Source: Malacoraja senta | Taxonomy: Eukaryota | DNA: 64,000 nt | Assembly (NCBI GenBank): GCA_038087875.1 | Contig: CM075978.1 | Coordinates: forward strand, 127,224,001-127,288,000 | Direction of reading: 5' to 3' | Part shown: positions 37,967-51,840 of the stretch, in pieces | Numbering within the stretch: position 1 is the first letter of the stretch | How the letters are laid out: each line of letters starts with the position of its first letter | Program-made: the position numbers and the translations under genes | The notes under the pieces: model-generated | Databases searched by the model: none | The model's input: the letters and a program-made list of their open reading frames with translations, nothing else | What the model was told of the DNA's origin: nothing

Positions 37967-39274
37967 ATTGTGACGGAGAGAAAGCATCGATGAAACAGCA
38001 GAAGATGGTTTGCCTTTAACAACACATCATGTTCTTCTCATCTAGATATGACTCCTGTCAATGTTCACCTCATCTCCAGGGATTTCAGCTCTACCTACAC
38101 TCCTAGTTGCCACACGCAGCCAAATGCTGTTTTGCTACCAAGGGTAATCATGCTCTCCTCATCTCATTTCTGGAATTCAGGCTTTAGCAATGCAAGGAGC
38201 TAAGTGTTCCTGGAGGAACCCATGCCAGGCATCTGTTAGCAGACAATTAGTGTCACTTGATTAAGCTAACAGCATTCACATGTGCACCAGGCTCATAGTG
38301 ACAGCCACGCTGCCACATGAAATATGACAGCACAGGCCATTGGCATGCCGAAGCAACACTTAAGCTGCCTGTCCCCCTCTGAAGATACCTAAACGTAATT
38401 AGCACAGATTTGTGAAGGTTTTCTGGAGGTGGAGGTCTCTTCCTCTGCATGACAAACTAATTCAGTAGCTAATTTGCTAACTGCAAGCCCAATTCCCCAT
38501 TTCCCAACAGTTTCACACTTTAATTCCCCGCACTGATTGATTGCCGTAAATTCTGCTTGGTCACACTGCAATAATGAAAGGCAATGGAAAATGAACATTT
38601 TTCAGCCAATATAAAATGGAATTATGCTTTATGGTATTTGAATGCAAATGTGCATGGTGCAGCCTGACTGTAGGTTTGAAGACTGGTGCTCCAGAATCTG
38701 CTGTGCCTGTAGCTGGGCCATTCTAGTATTGTTACCTGACAATGTGGAGAGTTTCCCAAATCAGTCCTGTACACAAAAGAACAGAGCAAATCAAATGAAT
38801 CTCAAGAAACGTCACATATCCATTTTCTCCAGAGATGCTGCCTGGTCCACTGAGTTAGTCCAGCACTTTGTGTCTTGCTGAAGATTGCAGCACCTATTGT
38901 TGCTGGTGTTCCTCAAACAGCTGAAGATGGCCGTAAGTGGAACAGTGCCTTGCAACAACCATAGCCATCTTCATTTGATTCCATCCATTGGTATATTTTC
39001 CCTTCACTGCCCATTGATTTCAGTTTCACCAGGCTCCTTGATGCCACACTCAGTCAAATGTGTCCCTCTCTCCACACCTCCAGAATCTAGCTCTTTGCTT
39101 CAAGTATTGAATCAGGTGGAGTAGTCCTATCAAAAGCTAAACCAGGCATCACGGAGCAAATTATTGGTGAGAAAATTCTCCTCCGTGTCATTTCTGATCA
39201 GAGGGATGTAAATAAATGCTAGCTTTGGCAGCAATGCTCAAATCCATAAAAACGAAATAATAAAAGAATCACCA

Positions 39275-39545
39275 TGGCATGGACGCGTATGGGCGACTGG
39301 GACGTTGTAGCCATCACGGAAACCTAGTTAAGAAAGGGGCAGGGCTGGCAGCTCAAGGTTCCCGGTTACTGGTGCTTCAGGCAAGACAGTTAAGGCAAGT
39401 ACTATCATTACATTTAAGAGACATTTGGACAGGTACGTGGATAGGATAGGTTTAGAGGGATATGGGCCAAAGGTGGGACTAGTGTAGATGGGGCATGTTG
39501 GTCGAATGGGTAATTTGGACCGAAGGGCCTGCTTCCACACTGTAT
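39275..39545 (+). mobile_element. Internally deleted CR1/HER1 LINE (endonuclease N-terminus joined to the 3' end)
   Basis: WDVVAITET*LRKGQGWQLKVPGYWCFRQD, immediately followed by TTTAAGAGACATTTGGACAGG and the 3' UTR. Confidence 0.65.
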
Positions 39546-40803
39546 GTCAATGCCTGTTCTTTGCCTCCCTTGCTTTCCCTCATGCTGGAAAGTGCTAGCT
39601 AGCTGATTAATAGAATACCACTGACCTCCTAAGCTTGCAGAGTCAATAACGTGCGACTCAGGGCCTCGATACGCAGCTGCAGATTGCGCCATCTGAGCAT
39701 GGGTAGCAGCAGTCCTGGTGGCAGCAGGTAAGGGATGGGAGCACTAACACTGTCCGCCCAAAGGTTGACAGTAGGTTCCTGCTCCATTGAGGCAAGTTCC
39801 AGGGCAACATCTCGTGTTACTAATCTGTGGCAGGATATACTGCTTTGATGGCCTGCAAGCCCACTGGACTTCTTAATCCAGTCACACTGGCAGTGGTCTG
39901 GGATGCACGACAGGAAGATAATCTATGAAAGTGAAGAACTGCAGATGTTGTCAAATAGAAATTAAAAGTAAAAAATATTTAGTGTCTCATGAAGAGTCTT
40001 GACCTGAAATGTCACCTATTCCTTTCCTTCAGATGCTGCCTGACGCGTTGTTACTCCATTATTTTGTGTCTATCTTCTGTGTAAACCAGCATCTGCAGTT
40101 CCTTCTTACACAATGCCAAATCATGGTCCATTCCAAAACTCTGTGAAAGGACATATCCCATCTCAAAACAGTGGGCAACAAGCTCTGTACGAAGCCCAGT
40201 AGCAAACTAATACCAGACTCCTCTAGTATTCCATACTCTTCTGCAGGACCCCGATGCACCAAGGATTTTTGATGCACATCAAGTCTTTTTCTGTAGCCTG
40301 TCCTTTAAAGTCTGCATCCCAGTCCTCTGCGTTAGTCTGGCCTCCGTCCAGGCTGCAAGCTACACATAACCAGTCTGTCATCTCCAGTGCTAGGCTCAAA
40401 ATTATGTACAGCTTTGGTATATGAGTTAGTGGCTGTAAAATCGAGTGACAGTGTACCTTCATCATAGCCGTTTTCTTCCTGTTCCTGCACCACTTGATCA
40501 CATTACACTTCTTGAGCATTTGAAAGGACGAAGTTGCAATATGTAAATTTGCGGTGCGATGTGAGATGTAGAGATAGAGATGGGGTTGGGCTCTGCAGTG
40601 AATCCAACCCCATCGGCGGAGCCCCAAAACAATTAAAAATTAATTTTCATGATTGAAATTAATATTGTTTTCCCAATGATATCAAACATATTGAAATAAT
40701 AAATGTAGTTGAGGGTGGAGTTCATCTAATTGAATGGTTAAGCATTTTCAGAAGGGTTCAATTGCCTTCACTTGATCCTTATTCATGGTGCCAAACCCCT
40801 TAA

Positions 40804-41118
40804 GGGCCTGTCCCACTGTACGAGCTAATTCAACAGTTCTCCCGAGTTTCCCCTGATTCGAACTCGGAGAATTACGGTAATAGCCGCTCGTAGGTACTCG
40901 GGGCTCTCGTGGACATTTTTCAACATGTTGAAAAATCTTCACAAGTCTTCACGAGCTTACCGCGTTTCCCGAGTACCTGCCATTAGCGTTATGAGCCGCT
41001 AAGAGACGTCCCGAGCTCCGACGTACCCGCTACGTACATTCTACGTGCTTACCACGAGTTTGATTTTTTTTTTTACTCGGGAGAGTTCTTGAATTACCTC
41101 GTACTGTGGGACAGGCCC
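40804..41118. mobile_element. MITE of the same family as 6619-6946, opposite orientation
   Basis: GGGCCTGTCCCAC TIRs, TTAA at 40800-40803 and 41119-41122, shared internal sequence. Confidence 0.88.
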
Positions 41119-42724
41119 TTAACTGAAACTTGAGATGTCTTAAATGTTTTGTAATAGTTTCTTCTGTAAGAGCCACATTAAAGGAAATCTAAATTAAATT
41201 GACGATCAAGGTTAGTGGGGCAGATTATAAAACAATTTTTACTTTACAAAATGGGGTATTGTTTTGGAGCTAAATGATATGACAATTTTTGAATGAAATC
41301 GTGAAAATAAGCAGCCTTGCTCATGTGGCAAAGAATTTTGAAAATGAAATACATCCTTCTTGGGACTTCAATACATCCAAGTGTGAATGGAACTCAAGGA
41401 ACAACAAGGGTTTCAAAAATGTTTATTTTGTTTGGGGAAGGAAAGGGAAACAAATTATTTGAAGTTTTTTTTTAGCCATTATAGAAGTAGGTAAATGTCA
41501 CCTAACACAAAACAATACAAATAATGCATGATTCTAATCAGGGTTATACTGAGCAAAGCATATTTAATTGGGCTATCTGTAACAGCATTTGTAAGTCTGA
41601 CATCTATACTTGTACATGTTTAAAAATAAAATTGGTCTATCTCAGCTCATTGACAGGCATCTTAAGAAAAAGAATTGTACATTAAAATAGTTCTCATCTA
41701 ACATTTACATTTCTTAAAACTCATACAATAATATACTGCAATTTTTTAATCTTATTTATAAAGCATTAGCTCTCTTGAAGTGCCACTATAATTCAAAATA
41801 ACCATAGAAATATCCAAAATAACACAAATTCTGTGAGAAGCTGTTGAATTTATTGAAATACACTAGTTCTGTTTTGATCTTAAATTTCAAAGAAGCAACT
41901 GGTTATTTTTTATCGTGATGAGAGATAAACATTTTTCTTGGCCTTGGTTGTCTCTCATGTAATACACGAGAGAAGTGGTTGAGGATATAGGAAAAACGAA
42001 ATGACCATTGTTTTAAGAAATACAGATATATTACGATAGAAATTCATTGTAAAGTTTAGTTCCTTTTCTTGAAAATGTATGTCTTAAAGCTAATTAGGAA
42101 TATATAGAATATATTTCTAATGGTCTTGCCCTGTGAATCTGTATAATTTAAGAATGACAGTTCAGAGGCATCGAAATTCATGGTTTCAAAGCTAGATCTT
42201 GAATCCCAGTTTCCTATTACACTGAAGCCACTAGGCCATCATAAATCTAATCCATCTGAATAAAAGCCTTGTGTCTCACGCATCAATCATGCCTTACTCG
42301 TGCAAATCTTGGCCACATTTCCCCAGATAGGCTCACTTCCAAAAACAGCAGAAAATTGCTTATGAAACGACATGTGGACATCTGGCTTTATTATGTTAAA
42401 ATAAAAATATATTTTTTTATAAACTGTTTAACCAATTGATTTCTTCCAAAATTATTTGATACTGCCAATCCATAAGCTTCTCCCACCTACAGCAATTAGC
42501 TCACGTTTGACACCAAGATGTGGCAATTTATAATAAGGATAGTGTGTCGTTATAATTGGGCGAGATCAGGCTAGAGAAGGTGGACCTTATTCAGAATAGA
42601 GTTTGATATGTAATATAATACTGTATAAAACTTCTTACTTAATACTTCATCCATGCCAGGGTGATAGTTAACCTGGAGAAAGATTAAGATGGAGTCAAAA
42701 TCTGTATGAATATTTTGCACAATC

Positions 42725-43058
42725 TTCAGAGATGCAGCTCGGAAATAGGCCCTTTCCGCCCACTGGGTTTGCACCGACCAACACACCGTATCCTGCATTC
42801 TAGGAACTATCCTACACGCCAGGAACAAGTTACACGCACTATCCTAGACACTAGGAACAAATTACAATTTTTACCGAAGCCAATTAACCTACAAACCTGT
42901 ACGTCTTTGGATGTGGGGGGAAACTGTATCACCTGGAGAAAACCCACGTGATCACACGGTGAACGTACAAACTCTGTACAGCAGCACCCGTAGATAGGAT
43001 CGATCCCGGTTAACTAGCGCTGTAAGGCAGCAAGTCTACTGCTGTACCACAGTGCCAC
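42725..43058 (-). mobile_element. V-SINE (HE1-like)
   Basis: Family sequence with a short internal duplication. Confidence 0.78.
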
Positions 43059-43439
43059 ACTTAACCGATTTTGTAAAATTAAAATCTCCGACCTATAAAT
43101 TGATAACATCATTTAGTGTGCCAGGTACTCCATTGACATATTTCTCGTAATGTGATTCCCTATGTAAATCTATTTATTGTTTCAGATTTTCTTTGAATAA
43201 CCTTCCTCAGTAAGAAGTAAAACATGATTTGAACTGCTAGGTTCGAAGGCATTGTGTGTCATATTTGGAGAAATGAATGTGTTTGTGGCAATGGGTTGTC
43301 AATGTATTAATGTGCCAGCTTGATCTTGTTCCACATTAATTGTCAGTAAGTAAATTGGCAGCTTGTACAGTGATACTCACTTCTGTTTGGTTTCGTGAGA
43401 GGTCCAAATGTGCTAAACACTTATTTTGCACTTTCTGCA

Positions 43440-43855
43440 GCTAGTTTAGTTTAGTTTAGTTTATGGTCTTGTGTACCAAGGTACAGTCAAAGGCTTTTTT
43501 GGTGCTTGCTCTCCAGTCAGCGGAAAGACTATACATGATTACAATCGAGTCATCCACATATACATGATGAAGGGAATAACGTTTAGTGCAAGATAAATTC
43601 TAGTAAAGTCCAATCAAAGATAGCCTGAAGGTCTCCAATGAGGTAGATATTAGCTCAGGTTGTTGATAGGATGGTTCAGTTGCTTGATAACAGCTGGGAA
43701 GAAGCTGTCCTTGAATCTGGAGGTGTGCATTTTCACACTTCTCTACCTCTTGCCTGATGGGGGAGGGGAGAAGAGGAAGTGTCTGCAGTGAGACTCGCCC
43801 TTGATAATGCTGTTGACCTTGCCGAGGCAGCATGAAGTATAGATGGAGTCAATGA
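43440..43855 (-). mobile_element. Rex1/Babar-like LINE 3' fragment
   Basis: FLFSPLPSGKR...RFKDSFFPAVI-like end with a (TAAAC)n tail. Confidence 0.7.
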
Positions 43856-44039
43856 GTACAAGAGAAATGAAGATTCCTAAAGAAGAAAGTCAATTAGAAC
43901 CAAACAGTAACCACCTACAGAACTCTCTATCAGCTACAGGAGGCATGAATGAATTTACTTAATTTGGACCAACAAATTGTGTCTACATGAGTTAAGATGA
44001 TGTAGGAATATTGTCACAGTATTGTGCTACCGGTTCCCT

Positions 44040-44527
44040 CGGTATGCTGGAAAGAGTGCAGATAAGATTTAAGAGGATGTTGCCAGGAGTATAGGGCCTG
44101 AGCTCTAGGGAGACGTTGGGCAGGCTTGGACTTTATTCCTTGAAGTGCAAGAGGCTGACCTGATAGAGGTGTATAAAATCTTGATGGGAGCAGAGAGTGT
44201 GAATGCATCGAGTCCTTTTCCCAGGGTACGGAAAACAAGAACTAGAGGGCATACATTTAAGTCGAGAGGGGGAAACTTTAATAAGTACCTGAGGGGCAAA
44301 TTCTTTGCACAAAGGATGGTGGTAAATGGAATGATCTGCCAAGGGAATTAGATGAGGCAAGTTACAGTAACAGCATTTTAAAGACATTTGAACAGGTACA
44401 TGGATAGGAAAGGCTCAGAGGGATATGGGCCAGGTGCAGGCAAATGGGACTAGCTTTGATGGGGCATCTTGGTTGTCATGAACAAGTTGGGCCGATGGGC
44501 CTACTTCAATGCTGTATGATTCTATGA
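44040..44527 (+). mobile_element. CR1/HER1 LINE 3' fragment
   Basis: DLIEVYKILMG...RTRGHTFK...RGKFFAQR, then the 3' UTR shared with the V-SINE tail. Confidence 0.82.
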
Positions 44528-44862
44528 TGCATTCAACTGACATGAACAAGTTGCCAGTTATTGGTAAACAAGGCTACCAACACATTTGACTTCTTGACCT
44601 TGCTTCGTTTCAAGCTGGCATAATCATTGTTTACACCAACAATTGATGTGTTGCTCCTGGGTGCATAGTATTAATGAGTTCATCAGTGGGCACAACCAAC
44701 TGTTTTATTACTACTGAGCAACAATGGAAATGTTACAATTGACCAGTGCTGTATTTTCCAAAGTACGATGTAATAGTGGCTACACTGTTATGACAAACGT
44801 TGTGACTAACTGGGATTCCAAAATATGCTTTGAAAGTGCAAATCATTTTTTCCACAAGGCGA

Positions 44863-45170
44863 GGGACAGTGGCACAGTGGTAGAGTTGCTGCCTTACAGC
44901 GCCAGAGACCTGGGTTCGATCCTGACTATAAGTGCTGTCTCTATGGAGTTTGTACATTTTCCCTGTGGCCACCTGGGTTTTTTCCAGGTACTCCGGTTTC
45001 CTCCCACACTCCAAAGACGTACAGGTTTGTAGGTTAATTGGCTTCAGTAAAATTGTAAATTGTCCCTGGTGTGTAGGATAGTGCTAGTGTATGTGGTGAT
45101 CGCTGGTCAGCATGGACTCAGTAGGCCGAAGGGCTTGTTTCTACGCTGTATCTCTAAAGTCTAAAGTAAA
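44863..45170 (+). mobile_element. V-SINE (HE1-like)
   Basis: Family sequence with a (TAAAGTC)n tail. Confidence 0.85.
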
Positions 45171-45277
45171 GAATCCCTAATACTGTCTAGTTAGTTCTAC
45201 TTCTCTCTTACCTTTGTATCACTAGAATATGTAGAGCTTCGTCTGCACAACATATGCACCTACACTGCTATGTGCAA

Positions 45278-46027
45278 TGGCACCAGGGGCGCCGGGGAGG
45301 TGGCTGCCCTGCTGGCAGTCTCTTCGTATTTTCTTTCTTTTTGTTATCTTTTTAGTGCGTTAAAAGTTTGTTTTAATGGTCTTCGGTTTGTTTTATGTGG
45401 GGGGAGGGGGGAGGGGATCGGGGGAAACTTTTTTTCAGGTTCTTACCTTCCCGGAGATGTGATCAATTTTCGGATCACATTTTCCGGACTCTGTGGCCTA
45501 CCATTCATGGAGCTGGAAGCCTCCTCGGACTGTCGTGAGCCCCACCGCGGGACGCGGACTTAACACCGGAGCTGATCCCTTGCCTGGGATCGCGACCACC
45601 GCCGAATCACCATCAAGGCTCGCAGTCTCGGGTGAGGGTAGTGGGGAGCTCCAACGTCGCAGAAGGTTCGACCAGCCCCGACGCAAGGTTCGATCGCCCG
45701 GACGGGGGAGCTGACATCCCCCCGAAACGGGAGCTTGATCGCCTCGACGCGGAGGGCCAGAACACCGCCGGCTACGGGAGTCAAGATCATCCCGTTAACG
45801 GGGGCTCAAGGCCCACGACCGAGGAAAAACAAAAGGAAGAGACTTGAACTTTATTTTGCCTTCCATCACAGTGAGGAATGTGTAGGAGTCACTGTAGTGG
45901 ATGTTCATGTTAAAATCTGTTTTTTTGAGTGATCTGTTGCTTTTAATTGTATGACTGACCTGGCCAATGAAAATTCCTCGTATATGTTGCAAAACATACT
46001 TGGCGAATGAAGTGTGATTCTGATTCT
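45278..46027 (+). mobile_element. GC-rich non-autonomous retroposon (copy C)
   Basis: Head shared with A and B; TTGCCTTCCATCACAGTGAGGAATGTG block shared with B; (GATTCT)n tail. Confidence 0.7.
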
Positions 46028-47018
46028 TTTGACCAGATATATAGGATTTGTGAAGTGCACAGAAAATTGGTCATTACAATGGATTCCAAGGTACATCTTT
46101 ATTAGTAAGAAAGAGTAACTGAAAAGATTTAGATAATAGTTTTGGATATGCATGAATAAGAGGGATATGGTAAATAAGAGATGGTCTTGATATCATGTTG
46201 GGCATAGACTGTGGGCAAAACGACCTGTTCTTGTGCTGTACTATTCTATGGTCTAAGCCATGAAAGAATCTCAGTGTCCTGTAAGGTATCATTCTCAGTC
46301 CTTCGCCACTTCAGATCTATACATTTTAGATGTGGGTTTTTTGGGTGTAAGCAGAGAATTATCCAGCACATGTGAGATGTGGAAACAAACACAAATTGAC
46401 AGATGTGCCAAATCTGAAGTGCTCAAGCGTGTCACAAAGTGACCGAAGCATGCAGCTACATTCCATTACAGAGGGTTTACATGTGAAATCATTCAAGCAG
46501 TTCAGTTCTAAATTTCAGTTGTATAACGTGCCCAGTTTGAGCTGCATTATGTGGCTGTCAGCAAAGAAAGATCTGTGTGAGCAGTCTTAGCACAAGTAGC
46601 TTGCGCACGTGTGCTGCTGGTTACTGTGGCAGCTAGGTCAATGTTTAAAAGATTTTGTGGGTATTGTATTCAAGGTTAAAGATGACCACCTTCATGTATT
46701 ACATTTATTTTCCAAGGATCTGGATTACGCTGGCAAGACTGGCTATTTATTTTCTATTTATGATCGCCCTTGAGCTGTTAAGGCAGCTAGGAGTCAACCA
46801 CATTGGAGAGACTGGAGTCAAATACAGAATAGATCTATATGGTAATCATGGTAGATTTCCTTCCTGAAAAACATTAGTGAAACAAGATAGGTTTTAATGA
46901 CAATATGGGAGTTTCATGACAACTATAACTGATGGCTAGGCATTTGTTCAGAGTTTATTTAGTTAATTGTATTTGTTTCAAAGCTGCCCTGATGGAATTC
47001 AAACTCCAGATCTATACA

Positions 47019-47295
47019 TTAGTTTAGTTTAGTTTAGAGATACAGTGCGGAAACAGGCCCTTCGGCCCACCAAGCCAGTGCCGATCCCTGCACTATCCTA
47101 CACACTAGGGACAATTTTACCAAGCCAATTAACCTGCAAATCTGTACATCTTTGGAATGTGGGAGGAAACCAGAGCACCTGGAGAAAACTCAAGAGGTTA
47201 CCGCGAGAACGTACAAACTCCATACAGACAGCATTAGTAGTCATGATCGAATCCGGGTCTCTGGTGCTGTAAGGCAGCAACTCTACAACTGGCTA
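47019..47295 (-). mobile_element. V-SINE (HE1-like)
   Basis: Family sequence. Confidence 0.8.
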
Positions 47296-47640
47296 CTGCG
47301 CAGTTTGGATATAGACTGGACACCAGTCCAGACACCAGTCCAGTCAACTACCGAACCCTTTTTGCATATATTGATTCTTCAGGCATGATTTTGCCTGTAA
47401 TCATCCGTGTTGAATCTGGATCAAGAACTGATGCTCATATTAATATGTCACCACTCCTTACTATTTCCCTTTTGTTTCAATGTTTCGCACAGTAATTATA
47501 CCTTACCTTATTTACAGAAGTGCTTCAAGTTAATGAAGAAAGTAAACTCTCCTCAATTTTAAACATTTAAACATTTTAGAGAGGCATTGTCTATAAGGGC
47601 AACTTACTTTTCATTGTGCAATTTAACTAACACTTTTTGA

Positions 47641-50600
47641 AGGAGGGAGAGGGAGAAGAGTAGATCGGAGATGTCAGTGTTGCAGTTGAATAAAGGGGAC
47701 TATGGGGCCATGAGGGAGGAGCTGGCCAAAGTTGACTGGAAAGATACACTAACAGGGATGACAGTGGAACACAAATGGCAGGTGTTTCTAGGAATAATAC
47801 AGAAGGTGCAGGATCAGTTCATTCCTCGGAGGAAGAAAGATTCCAAGGGGAGAAAGGGGCGACCATGGCTGACAAGGGACGTCAGGGACAGTATAAAAAT
47901 TAAAGCGAAGAAGTACAACGTAGCAAAGATGAGCGGGAAGCAAGAGGATTGGGTAATGTTTAAAGAAAAACAGAAGATAACCAAAAAGACAATATGGGGA
48001 GAAAAGATGAGGTATGAAGGTAAGCTAGCCAAGAATATAAAGCAGGATAGTAAAAGCTTCTTTAGGTATGTGAAGAGGAAAAAAATAATTAAGACCAAAG
48101 TTGGACCCTTGAAGACCGAAAAAGGTGAATTTATTATGGGGAGCAAGGAAATGGCAGATGAGTTGAACAGGTACTTTGGATCTGTCTTCACTAAGGAGGA
48201 CACAAACAATCTTCCTGATATAATAGTGGCCAGAGGATCTGGGGTGACAGAGGAACTGAAGGAAATCCACATTAGGCAGGAAATGGTGTTGGATAGACTG
48301 ATGGGACTGAAGGCTGATAAATCCCCAGGGCCTGATGGTCTGCATCCCAGGGTACTTAAGGAAGTGGCTCTAGAAATCGTGGATGCATTGGTGATAATTT
48401 TCCAATGTTCTATAGACTCAGGATCAGTTCCTGTGGATTGGAGGGTAGCTAATGTTATCCCACTTTTTAAGAAAGGCGGGAGAGAGAAAACGGAACTATA
48501 GACCAGTTAGCCTGACATCGGTGGTGGGAAAGATGCTGGAGTCAATTATAAAAGATGAGATAGCCACACATTTGGATAGCAGTAACAGAATCGGTCCGAG
48601 TCAGCATGGATTCACGAAGGGGAAATCATGCTTGACTTATCTTCCGGAATTTTTTGAACATGTAACTAAGAAAATGGACAAGGGAGAGCCAGTGGATGTA
48701 GTGTACCTGGACTTTCAGAAAGCTTTTGATAAGGTCCCACATAGGAGATTAGTGGGCAAAATTAGGGCACATGGTATTGGGGGTAGAGTGCTGACATGGA
48801 TAGAGAAGTGGTTGGCAGACAGAGAACAAAGAGTAGGGATTAACGGGTCCCTTTCAGAATGGCAGGCAGTGACTAGTGGGGTACCGCAAGGCTCGGTGCT
48901 GGGACCGCAGCTATTTACAATATACATCAATGATTTGGATGAAGGGATTCAAAGTAACATTAGCAAATTTGCAGATGACACAAAGCTGGGTGGCAGTGTC
49001 AACTGTGAGGAGGATGCTATGAGAATGCAGGGTGACTTGGACAGGTTGGAGGAGTGGGCAGATGCATGGCAGATGAAGTTTAATGCGGATAAATGTGAGG
49101 TTATCCACTGGTAGCAAAAACAGGAAGGCAGATTACTATCTAAATGGCGTCAAGTTTGGAAAAGGGGATTCAAACGGGATCTGGGGGTCCTTGTACATCA
49201 GTCTGTGAAAGTAAGCATGCAGGTACAGCAGGCAGTGAAGAAAGCGAATGGCATGTTGGCCTTTATAACAAGAGGAATCAAATATAAGAGCAAAGAGGTC
49301 CTTCTGCAGTTGTTCAGAGCCCTAGTGAGACCACACCTGGAGTATTGTGTGCCGTTTTGGTCGCCTAATTTGAGGAAGGACATTCTTGCTATTGAGGGAG
49401 TGCAGCGTAGGTTTACAAGGTTAATTCCCGGGATGGCGGGACTGTCATATGCTGAGAGAATGGAGCAGCTGGGCTTGTACACTCTGGAGTTTAGAAGGAT
49501 GAGAGGGAATCTCATTGAAACGTATAAGATTATTAAGGGCTTGGACACACTAGAGGCAGGAAACATGTTCCTGATGTTGGGGGAGACCAGAACCAGGGGC
49601 CACAGTTTAAGAATAAGGAGTAAGCCATTTAGAATGGAGACGAGGAAACACTTTTTCTCACAGAGAGTGGTGAGTGTGGAATTCTCTGCCTCAGGGGGCA
49701 GTGGATGCAGATTCTCTGGATGCTTTCAAGAGAGAGCTAGATAGCCATATAACCATATAACCATAACAGCACGGAAACAGGCCATCTCGGCCCTTCAAGT
49801 CCGTGCCGAACATTTAAAATATATATATATATATTTTTTTAATTAAAAATAAATACTTCCCCCTAGTCCCATCTACCTGCACTCAGACCATAACCCTCCA
49901 TTCCTTTCCCGTCCATATACCCATCCAATCTATTTTTAAAGGATAACATCGAACCTGCCTCCACCACTTCCACTGGAAGCTCATTCCACACAGCTACCAC
50001 TCTCTGAGTAAAGAAGTTCCCCCTAATGTTCCCCCTAAACTTCTGTCCCTTAATTCTCAAGTCATGTCCCCTTGTTTGAATCTTCCCTACTCTCAATGGG
50101 AAAAGCTTATCCACGTCCACTCTGTCTAACCCGCTCATAATCTTAAAGACCTCTATCAAGTCCCCTCTTAACCTTCTGCGCTCCAAAGAATAAAGACCTA
50201 ACTTGTTCAACCTTTCTCTGTAACTTAGTTGCTGAAACCCAGGCAACATTCTAGTAAATCTCCTCTGTACTCTCTCTATTTTGTTGACATCCTTCCTATA
50301 AATAGGCGACCAAAATTGTACTCCATACTCCAGAATTGGCCTCACCAATGCCTTGTACAATTTTAACATTACATCCCAACTTCTATATTCAATGCTCTGA
50401 TTTATAAAGGCCAGCACACCAAAAGTTTTCTTTACCACCCTATCTACATGAGATTCCACCTTCAGGGAACTATGCACAGTTATTCCTAGATCCCTCTGTT
50501 CAACTGCATTCCTCAATTCGCTACCATTTACCGTGTAGGGCTCTTAAAAATAGCAGAGTCTGGGGATATGGGGAGAAGGCAGGAACGGGGTACTGATTGG

Positions 50601-50669
50601 GGATGATCAGCCATGATCACATTGAATGGCGGTGCTGGCACTCCTGCACCTATTGGCTATTGTCTATTG
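47641..50669 (+). mobile_element. Young CR1 LINE, 5'-truncated ORF2 (RT) with frameshifts, split by a nested LINE
   Basis: ORFs 47671-48501, 48452-49114 and 49205-49744 (KSPGPDG, YRPVSLTS, YLDFQKAFDKVPH, GVPQGSVLGP, KFADDTK); 3' end resumes at 50536 and ends in (CTATTG)n. Confidence 0.95.
49745..50535 (-). mobile_element. Second CR1/HER1 subfamily copy nested in the opposite orientation
   Basis: Stop-free 217-aa ORF2 C-terminus (49863-50516), (ATATGGTT)n tail, TAG duplicated at 49742-49744 and 50536-50538. Confidence 0.92.
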
Positions 50670-51834
50670 AAGTGAATTTCATGAATGCAGTAAATGTAAA
50701 ATGAGGTTAAAACCACTCAGAATATTAATTATTTCTTTGTCCACATCCACTGTTTGATCTGAGATGTATACCTGGCATATTTTGTTTGTATTAACATTTT
50801 CTGATCCAGCCAAAGCTAGACATTTAATTTACTTTGGATTTCTTCCCCCCCCCCCCCCCCACCCCATAAATTACATTGAGGGGGATAATGCTTAAAGGAT
50901 CTACTGAGACAGCTATTATTAAAATTAATTAATTATCAATTAATTATAACACCCAGTAAGAACAGGAACTTAAAATTAAAACAATAGTCAGATTTAGTTT
51001 GCACATAATTAAACCAAATCAGTATTTTTTTTAATTTAAAAATCATGGTATACTCCCTTTCAAACATTGATTGTTTTAATAATAAATGAAACATAGATGG
51101 CACATTATAAACCTTTATATATCACTATATTACTAATCCAACACTAATGATTCTGGCGGCAATATAAACGTAATTAGCACTAACACTAAAGTCAGTGTCA
51201 GCAAATAATCACGACTATTCGTCCGACCAAGCAACAAAAGCAAAGCTGCATTTCATTGTACATATCCGGGGCAGTTTTACTACCATCCATCAGATTTCCC
51301 ATTGCTAACAGAATGAAAGTAAAAGGTAAAATAAAATTCAATAAAACTGCATGAACACAAAGCTGTTTATATCAACAACTGTGAAATTGTTTAGAAAAAA
51401 TAATTTCAACCTGACCATAGCTAGATAAGGGAGCCAGCAACCACAGTGTTGACAATGCTGTCACCCCATTGCTGAGCAAGGTTGAAAATTATCTTTTCAG
51501 GGACTCTCACTAACTTGCTTACCTTATGAAGCTGACAATGTTGCTATTGCTATGACGCAGTAAAGCAAATGCATCACAGCTGAGTCAATTTTTCTCTCTC
51601 TCAGAGCTCAGTGGTAATAATGGGCCATTGACTTCAGCTCTTTGTCATTTGCAGGAAGTGGTACTGCTAATTTAGATCAGATCACATTATTACTGATGAG
51701 AGAGCGTTGACCTGAAACATAAACTCGTTTTTCTCTTTCCGTTGCCTGATCTCCCAATCGTTTTCAGCATTTTCTGAGTTTAATACAAAACTTCTGAAGC
51801 AGCTTGCTCATAGGAATTCATAGACAAAACGTGT

Positions 51835-51840
51835 TTTATT
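51835..51840 (-). promoter_or_regulatory. Candidate CLIP4 polyadenylation signal
   Basis: AATAAA on the - strand followed by GTTTTGTCT, about 2.6 kb past the CLIP4 stop. Confidence 0.35.
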
